Of a stretch of DNA of 64,000 nucleotides, positions 58,325 through 64,000 are shown piece by piece. A model generated the notes under the pieces. It had not been told where the DNA came from, did not search any database, and saw only the letters and a program-made list of their open reading frames with translations. Source of the DNA: a virus; IMG/VR virus record IMGVR_UViG_3300030329_006602, positions 1 through 64,000 of that record; one strand, 5' to 3'. Every line of letters starts with the position of its first letter. The stretch's first letter is position 1. The position numbers were made by a program, and so were the translations under genes.

Positions 58325-59274
58325 AGTTTTTTTACGTGGGCGCCTTTGTGGGAGATATTAATTTTTACGCAGTGATTTTCTAGGTTATTTTGGCTTGGGA
58401 TCCAAGAGGGTTTTGTAAAAATTAAAAAGAATCCTCCGTTGCCCGCCCCACATAGTCTATGCCCTAAGATATTTGGGGACTCGGAGAGGGTGGCGTTTAA
58501 TTCTTGTACCCGAGGGTGTTTTATTATTTCAGGGCACGATTCTACTTTTTTTACCCATCCCTCGTTGATAATTTCAATAAGAGCGCTTAGGTTGTTCTCT
58601 TGTAGGGCTTTTTCGGCCTCATCGACAAGAGACAATAGCCTCCTGCATTTTTCGATATCTACCTTTTTCAAGAGTTTAGTAGAGGAGCGATACACGCCCG
58701 TATGACAGAGAAACATATTAGCCTCGTTGAGGGTGGCTGGATTGAGCTGAGTTATGGAAACCGTAGAGGGTTTTTTGATAGTAATTTTTTTTAACCCTTT
58801 TATTCCACAGCCATAAGGATCCTGGTATCCTGTAAGTGGATTAAATTTCCTTTCGAGCATAAGGGCTAATTGGCAAATTTTTTCGTTTGCCAGAGTTGTT
58901 CTGTTTTTGTGAATACAGGCCTTAATAAAGGCGATGAGGTAAGACGAGGAGGAGGCGAGCCCTGAGCCGCTAGAAAAGATATCAGCCGTAAGAGAACTGG
59001 TATTGGGATTAATATTAAAGTGGGAGAAGCACTCTCTTACTATGTCATTTTTTATTTCTTGTATGGTGTCGCACTCTTCTCTGGTGGAGTAATTGATGAT
59101 ATACTTGTTGTCTACCGAGCTTAATCCAAAGAGATCCTCGTTGATGGTGGCGTAAGTGTAAATGTCTGCTGCAAAATTGATTACCCTACCCTCTCCATAT
59201 TTATCTATAAATTCTTGAAGATCGGTGGCGCCTCCCACTAGGGAAATTCGCAATGGACATTTAGACACAATCAT
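58321..59274 (-). CDS. hddA: GHMP kinase, heptose-7-phosphate kinase-like
   Basis: PLRISLVGGATD; GSGLASSS; GYQDPY; LCGAGNGGF. Confidence 0.85.
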   Translation of the reverse strand: MIVSKCPLRISLVGGATDLQEFIDKYGEGRVINFAADIYTYATINEDLFGLSSVDNKYIINYSTREECDTIQEIKNDIVRECFSHFNINPNTSSLTADIFSSGSGLASSSSYLIAFIKACIHKNRTTLANEKICQLALMLERKFNPLTGYQDPYGCGIKGLKKITIKKPSTVSITQLNPATLNEANMFLCHTGVYRSSTKLLKKVDIEKCRRLLSLVDEAEKALQENNLSALIEIINEGWVKKVESCPEIIKHPRVQELNATLSESPNILGHRLCGAGNGGFFLIFTKPSWIPSQNNLENHCVKINISHKGAHVKKL

Positions 59275-60218
59275 TTTAGTGAACTGATGAGTTTATGGTA
59301 GTCGGGGACGCCTTTAGGATTATATGTGACATCTGTTAGGGTTCCCCCATTTAGGGTTTCTACTTGATAAATCCACTCCTTTAGTTCGGGGTTTTGGAAG
59401 TTGAGGGATAGCGCATGCCTACTGAGGTCGAAGGCTTCGGCGTGTAGGCCAGAATTAAAAAGCGACGAAGCGATTTGGGTTAGGACGTGAGGGGGAAAAT
59501 TAAGGTCCCAGCTCAGGACCCAATTTCCTTTACGGCTATTTTGTCGACGCCTACACATTTTTCCCACTGTCGTATAGGTGTCATCGTTATGCCAGACAAC
59601 TAAATCATGATTATGACTTATGGTAAACCCTTCCTCTCTGCATTTTTGCGCAAAATCGGTATCTTCATTGTGTTTTCCATTTATATAGTCTTTGAGGTTA
59701 CTCATCGAATTTGACCCTCCCGCCATGTTGAACTCTTCCCCCCAGCGAACCTTCTGGAAAACTGACTTTTTCATTATCCATGATTGGCCTCCCGACATAT
59801 AGAGGTGGGAGTCTGTTTCATGCCCCTCTAGTATAGTGTGTCCTTTGGTAGGGCTCTGATAGCAGACGTGGTCCCAGTATCTTCCTCCATCAGGGAGGCG
59901 TACTTTACTAGTAAGGATTTCGAAGGTAGGGGTCTGTAGGAGAGTTTTATACCATCCCTCTGAAAATAGCATATCATCATCTGATATAACTAAATTCTCG
60001 TGCGTTGCGTGGTCACACGCTAGATTTCTCAGAGCCCCCAAGAGTTTCTTCGTTGTGAGTTCTTTGGCGGGAATATAAGAGTAACCCTCTCCTTCTCTCC
60101 AGTCTCCAACGATAATAATCTCATAGTTGGGAATTTGCTGAGAGTGGATGCTTGCTAGTTGCAAGTTTAATTCTTGAGGCTTGCCTCCGTTTGTTACGAT
60201 TATAAAGCTCAGGTTCAT
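59271..60218 (-). CDS. GT2-like glycosyltransferase
   Basis: LSFIIVT; YEIIIVG; LRNLAC; ISDDDM; EDTDF. Confidence 0.8.
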   Translation of the reverse strand: MNLSFIIVTNGGKPQELNLQLASIHSQQIPNYEIIIVGDWREGEGYSYIPAKELTTKKLLGALRNLACDHATHENLVISDDDMLFSEGWYKTLLQTPTFEILTSKVRLPDGGRYWDHVCYQSPTKGHTILEGHETDSHLYMSGGQSWIMKKSVFQKVRWGEEFNMAGGSNSMSNLKDYINGKHNEDTDFAQKCREEGFTISHNHDLVVWHNDDTYTTVGKMCRRRQNSRKGNWVLSWDLNFPPHVLTQIASSLFNSGLHAEAFDLSRHALSLNFQNPELKEWIYQVETLNGGTLTDVTYNPKGVPDYHKLISSLK

Positions 60219-60556
60219 CTAACTTGAATTTCCTTTCCCCTGATAGAGTAGCGGCATTTATTTTCTATATATGTTTTTAGCTCTATTCGATTGTTGCCAT
60301 TGGTTTTCCGAGTGGAGATATGTCCCGCCCTTCTTAGTCTAGAGATACCCTTGGTCACCTTGCTGTGAGATATGGGTTTGCCATTCACCTTAAGGGTTTT
60401 TGCCAGAATCCTCTCAGGGGTAAAGGTAAAGCGTTTTTGGCCACATACCTTAATGAGGTGCCTCATTAAGCGATGGTCTGACTCGATTAGGCGGCCCGTT
60501 GCTATATCGTCGTCCAGTACATCGAGCGTCATCAAGAATGTTAATTTTGGATCCAT
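60215..60556 (-). CDS. Winged-helix DNA-binding protein
   Basis: PERILAKTL..ISHSKVTKGISRLRRAGHI; start MDPKL defined by a leaderless promoter. Confidence 0.7.
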   Translation of the reverse strand: MDPKLTFLMTLDVLDDDIATGRLIESDHRLMRHLIKVCGQKRFTFTPERILAKTLKVNGKPISHSKVTKGISRLRRAGHISTRKTNGNNRIELKTYIENKCRYSIRGKEIQVR

Positions 60557-60562
60557 TTTTCT

Positions 60563-60591
60563 ATGATAGCCTAAAAATGAAATAAAGTCAA
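60563..60591 (-). promoter_or_regulatory. sigma70 promoter, leaderless, leftward
   Basis: TTGACT-17 nt-TATCAT-6 nt-ATG. Confidence 0.8.
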
Positions 60592-60672
60592 GGTAAATGG
60601 GTTTTGACATTAATTGAGTTAAGTTTTAGTAAATTTTTACTCGTTGGGTTAATGTTATATTATATATAATTC

Positions 60673-60695
60673 AAACAAATACAAGGTATTTGTTT
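60673..60695. repeat. Perfect 10-bp inverted repeat in divergent AT-rich spacer
   Basis: AAACAAATAC-AAG-GTATTTGTTT. Confidence 0.8.
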
Positions 60696-60713
60696 ATTTA
60701 GTAGTATTTTTTC

Positions 60714-60742
60714 TTGACTTGTGCTCTGTATAATGTTATAAT
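60714..60742 (+). promoter_or_regulatory. sigma70 promoter, leaderless, rightward
   Basis: TTGACT-17 nt-TATAAT-6 nt-ATG. Confidence 0.85.
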
Positions 60743-60748
60743 TAGCTC

Positions 60749-61066
60749 ATGTTTACCAGAAAAGTAGATTCAGATTCAAAAGATCTCTTCTTCATTTCCT
60801 CTGCAGACTGGGAGGTTGTTGCAGAAGGTAATGATGCAACTGAAGCCGCAACCATTGCGGTGGAAAGGCATCTGGGCGAGAATCCTACATCTACAAACAT
60901 TTCAACGGTCATTCTAGCACTAAATATAAGTAAGTGCACGGAATCAATAGACGCCTCAGAATCTATTGAAATCTTATATGCTCCCAAGATCCTAGCCAAC
61001 GCAGGCTACCACTCGGAGTCCAAAAAATTACAATATATAATCGACGAAATAAAAGCAATATCATGA
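60749..61066 (+). CDS. Hypothetical protein
   Basis: First gene after a consensus promoter; ATGA-coupled to next gene. Confidence 0.75.
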   Translation: MFTRKVDSDSKDLFFISSADWEVVAEGNDATEAATIAVERHLGENPTSTNISTVILALNISKCTESIDASESIEILYAPKILANAGYHSESKKLQYIIDEIKAIS

Positions 61067-61653
61067 GTTCAGAAGAAATAACACGCGGAAAAGTGATAGG
61101 TGTGGCTGGTGCCGCTCGAAGTGGTAAAGATACAGTTGGCCATTTTACACAAGAATTATTATACGAGCGCAATGAGGAAATCTCCAAACAGTGTGGATTT
61201 GCCGATCTCCTTAAAAACGATCTAGAGAAATTTTGTAGAGAAAAGTTTGGCTTCTCGGCATTCACAAAGGATGACAGACAGAAAGAGATGATTCGCCCAC
61301 TCCTAGTGGCCTACGGCACGCACGTCATGCGCAAACAAAATGAAAACCATTGGGTTGAGAAGATGAAACCCACCGTAGACTTCTTTACTAGTGCAGGGCG
61401 CAATGTAATAATAACTGACGTCCGATATGAAAACGAAATCGATTGGATCCAAAAGGAACTAAGTGGTGCGTGCATTTACGTTACCAGGGAAGGTATCTCC
61501 CCAGCAAACAAAGAAGAGGAGCAGAATTGCCCCCTCCTTAAAGAGAAATCGGATACGCTCATCGAATGGGAAACCTTCGGCCCCAAAGAAATAGCCCTCG
61601 CGAAGGCCCCTGTAGAGGCCGCCCTCTCAAAACTGTCTTTAATTCATGATTGA
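61063..61653 (+). CDS. Deoxynucleoside monophosphate kinase
   Basis: GVAGAARSGKDT; FADLLK; RPLLVAYG; ITDVRYENE. Confidence 0.88.
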   Translation: MSSEEITRGKVIGVAGAARSGKDTVGHFTQELLYERNEEISKQCGFADLLKNDLEKFCREKFGFSAFTKDDRQKEMIRPLLVAYGTHVMRKQNENHWVEKMKPTVDFFTSAGRNVIITDVRYENEIDWIQKELSGACIYVTREGISPANKEEEQNCPLLKEKSDTLIEWETFGPKEIALAKAPVEAALSKLSLIHD

Positions 61654-62236
61654 TAGCAAAACAGACTTTGAATTAATTCAGGCTGTTCAAGAGGGAGTTG
61701 ATGCCGACGCGTGCCTGCGGGAGATCGTCAATAGGCATAGCGGAATCTATATCGAGATGGTCAATTACTTCATGCCCAACAGCATGCCGTTCGTAAACCG
61801 AACAGATTTAATCGACGATAAAGAATACAATATATATAGAGCGGTCATGAAATACGACCCCACAAAGGGAACTAAATTCAGTACCCACCTTGGTAATGAG
61901 ACAAAATGGATGTGTCTTAACTTATATAATAAAAACAAAAAGTATTCCCAAGTAGAATTTGACGAGAATTTTTTATCATCTTTACATGATGAGCAAAAGC
62001 CCTACCAAGACGAAATCAAGAGAGAACTCTTCAATAAAGTTATTGAAATCACAAAATCGCACCCCGACACTCGCGTCGGCACCATCTTCGAGATGAGGTA
62101 TGTAGTCGGCAATAAAAACAGGGTAATGCCGTGGAAGAGAATTGGTGAGCACTTAAATATGAGCGTTCAGGGCTGTATTAATATCCACAATAACACTTTG
62201 GAAAAAATAAAAACTAAACTACAACAAGAAAAATGA
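61646..62236 (+). CDS. Phage sigma70-family factor (regions 2 and 4)
   Basis: TDFELI; DL..IYRAVMKYDPTKGTKFSTHL; IFEMRY..PWKRIGEHLNMSVQGCINIHNNTLEKIK. Confidence 0.85.
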   Translation: MIDSKTDFELIQAVQEGVDADACLREIVNRHSGIYIEMVNYFMPNSMPFVNRTDLIDDKEYNIYRAVMKYDPTKGTKFSTHLGNETKWMCLNLYNKNKKYSQVEFDENFLSSLHDEQKPYQDEIKRELFNKVIEITKSHPDTRVGTIFEMRYVVGNKNRVMPWKRIGEHLNMSVQGCINIHNNTLEKIKTKLQQEK

Positions 62237-62571
62237 GCACAGTAAAAGGAAATATCAAAGTCATCAACGATGCACAAACTTTCGGATCCTTCACGAAAAG
62301 GGAATTCGTTCTTACGACAGAGGAAAAGTACCCCCAAGACATTAAATTCGAACTCTATCAGGATGCCTGCGCAGACCTAGATGCCCACACAGTAGGAGAG
62401 ACAATTAGCGTAGAGTACAATCTTAAAGGAAATGAGTATAAAGGCAAGTACTACGTTAACCTTCAGGCGTGGAAGCTTAGCGCCGAAGGCCCATGTCAAG
62501 CTCCTCCCCCCAATACATCAGGGGAAGACTTAACCGAAGGTGACGAGGATCTAGAAGACGTACCCTTCTGA
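62233..62571 (+). CDS. DUF3127 SSB-like OB-fold protein
   Basis: FTKREFVL..KYPQDIKFEL; YNLKGNEYKGKYYVNLQAWK; acidic tail EDVPF. Confidence 0.88.
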   Translation: MSTVKGNIKVINDAQTFGSFTKREFVLTTEEKYPQDIKFELYQDACADLDAHTVGETISVEYNLKGNEYKGKYYVNLQAWKLSAEGPCQAPPPNTSGEDLTEGDEDLEDVPF

Positions 62572-62575
62572 TATT

Positions 62576-63655
62576 ATGGATAAATTAGTTTTTAAAGCTC
62601 CCCTCAATAGCCTGAGTTTCGGGAATGTTTCCTACAACATTCTAAAAGAGCTCTACAATAGAAACGTAGCGGTATCTTTTTTTCCCATTGGAGACCAAAT
62701 TAGTCTAGAGGCGTATGATAAGATTGACCCAGACTTTAAAAACTGGATTGAGCAAACCATCAACAACAGACTCCTCTCCGTCGCCCCCGATACTCCCACC
62801 CTACAATTATGGCACCTTAATGGATCTGAGCATCGGGTGACCAGAGAGAGCACTCTCTTAACTTTCTATGAGCTCGATTCTCCAACCCCTCAGGAGATCA
62901 ATTTAGCTAAATTACAAAACAAAACCCTCTTCAGTAGCCTCCATGCTAAGAATCTTTTCCAGCGCCTTGGAATAAGTAACTGCGAAGCAATCCCTATGGG
63001 GTTTGACCCCGACTTTCATAAAACAGAAAAAGAGTACCTTAAGGGAAAAATCCATTTTGGCATCATGGGAAAGCTAGAAAAAAGAAAACATACTGGAAAA
63101 ATAATTAAAGCGTGGGCCCAAAAATACGGCAATAACTACGACTACCAATTGTCCTGTTGCATAACAAACCCCTTCTTTCAGCCAGATCAAATGAATCAGG
63201 CGATTGGCCAAATTCTAGAAGGCCAGCGTTATGGAAATATCAATTTCCTACCTTATCTTAAAACAAACTCAGAAGTAAATGATTTTCTCAATGCAATAGA
63301 TATAGACCTCAGCGGATTAAGCGGTGGTGAAGGATGGAATCTCCCCGCCTTCAATGCTACGGCCCTCGGAAAGTGGAGTATCGTACTAAATGCCACATCC
63401 CATAAGGATTGGGCAACGGAAACCAACTCTATTTTGCTTGAGCCAAACGGAAAGGAAGAGGCTGAGGACGGAATTTTCTTCAAAAAGGGTCAGCCGTTTA
63501 ACCAGGGCCAAATCTATACATTCGACGAAGAAGAGATGTTGGTAAAAATGAACGAGGCAGTAAAGAAGGCTAAGACCCCCAATACCGAAGGAGAAAAGCT
63601 TCAGCAAAATTTCACCTACTCACGTACGGTAGACTCTCTCCTTTCACATCTTTAA
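62576..63655 (+). CDS. GT4-like glycosyltransferase
   Basis: GKLEKRK; SGGEGWNLPAFNATALGK. Confidence 0.8.
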   Translation: MDKLVFKAPLNSLSFGNVSYNILKELYNRNVAVSFFPIGDQISLEAYDKIDPDFKNWIEQTINNRLLSVAPDTPTLQLWHLNGSEHRVTRESTLLTFYELDSPTPQEINLAKLQNKTLFSSLHAKNLFQRLGISNCEAIPMGFDPDFHKTEKEYLKGKIHFGIMGKLEKRKHTGKIIKAWAQKYGNNYDYQLSCCITNPFFQPDQMNQAIGQILEGQRYGNINFLPYLKTNSEVNDFLNAIDIDLSGLSGGEGWNLPAFNATALGKWSIVLNATSHKDWATETNSILLEPNGKEEAEDGIFFKKGQPFNQGQIYTFDEEEMLVKMNEAVKKAKTPNTEGEKLQQNFTYSRTVDSLLSHL

Positions 63656-63658
63656 CCG

Positions 63659-63835
63659 ATGAGACGCCCACGTTTAATCGCCCCCAAGTGGAAGGCTATT
63701 AAAAATATCCACACTGGAGACCTTGAGATTATTAGATGGAATCATGACCCTATAACCCCAACGCTTTTAAAAATAAAAACCCTACAAAAAACGTGGAAGC
63801 CGCCCTTTCCCCAACCTAAAATAATTAAAAAATGA
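63659..63835 (+). CDS. Hypothetical 58-aa basic protein
   Basis: Fills the gap after GT4; ATGA overlap with next ORF. Confidence 0.5.
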   Translation: MRRPRLIAPKWKAIKNIHTGDLEIIRWNHDPITPTLLKIKTLQKTWKPPFPQPKIIKK

Positions 63836-64000
63836 AAAAGTATGTGACCCTTCTCTTTGGAGTTATTCTATCAGGGTGTCAATCTATGACCTCCTCCCAA
63901 TCCCTCGACCTCATTGAATCACGAATACAAGAACTAAAAAACCTAGAGGCAACGGAGAGTGAATCTGATTTTTTTGGACGCCCCCCTGAAAAATGCCCCA
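63832..64000 (+). CDS. Lipoprotein, truncated by window end
   Basis: MKKYVTLLFGVILSGC lipobox. Confidence 0.6.
   Translation, partial: MKKYVTLLFGVILSGCQSMTSSQSLDLIESRIQELKNLEATESESDFFGRPPEKCP

Noticed and set aside
24707-60218. Eukaryotic giant-virus or cellular O-antigen locus origin
   Set aside because: DnaB, DnaG, sigma factor, tmRNA, Tat/lipoprotein signals and TTGACA promoters are bacterial-type. Divergent replication genes, fibre genes and the lack of wzx/wzy or housekeeping operons favour a phage, although no capsid or terminase gene is in this window

Overview
This window looks like part of a large lytic bacteriophage genome, probably marine and probably infecting a PVC-superphylum host (Verrucomicrobia/Planctomycetes). 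The host call is inferred from two Tat-exported DUF1501 genes, a Chlamydia-type class Ic ribonucleotide reductase and host-type TTGACA promoters. Nearly all genes from 1 to 60.6 kb lie on the minus strand, with a strand switch at about 60.6 kb. Layout: (i) 1-7.5 kb, envelope and auxiliary genes, including an unannotated Cys-rich metallothionein-like lipoprotein, Hsp20, DUF1501-IscA-DUF1501 and an outer-membrane beta-barrel; (ii) 7.5-19 kb, nucleotide and replication core with a cysteine-less QueF homolog, nrdB/nrdA, Nudix, a Cas4/AddB-like nuclease, primase, DnaB, RecA, a tmRNA with a long basic tag, and PhoH; (iii) 19-24.7 kb, late/virion-like genes; (iv) 24.7-60.2 kb, a roughly 35 kb glycan-biosynthesis island (GDP-fucose, dTDP-deoxysugar and heptose pathways; GT2/4/6/7/11/15/17/25/47/61; sulfo- and methyltransferases); (v) a divergent operon with dNMP kinase, a phage sigma factor, DUF3127 and GT4. 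Two promoter classes are visible: sigma70 promoters, mostly leaderless, and a recurrent GTGTA-N9-13-ATG motif. A 26-nt intergenic element occurs twice, 36 kb apart. All family calls come from motif recognition by eye; no searches were run.
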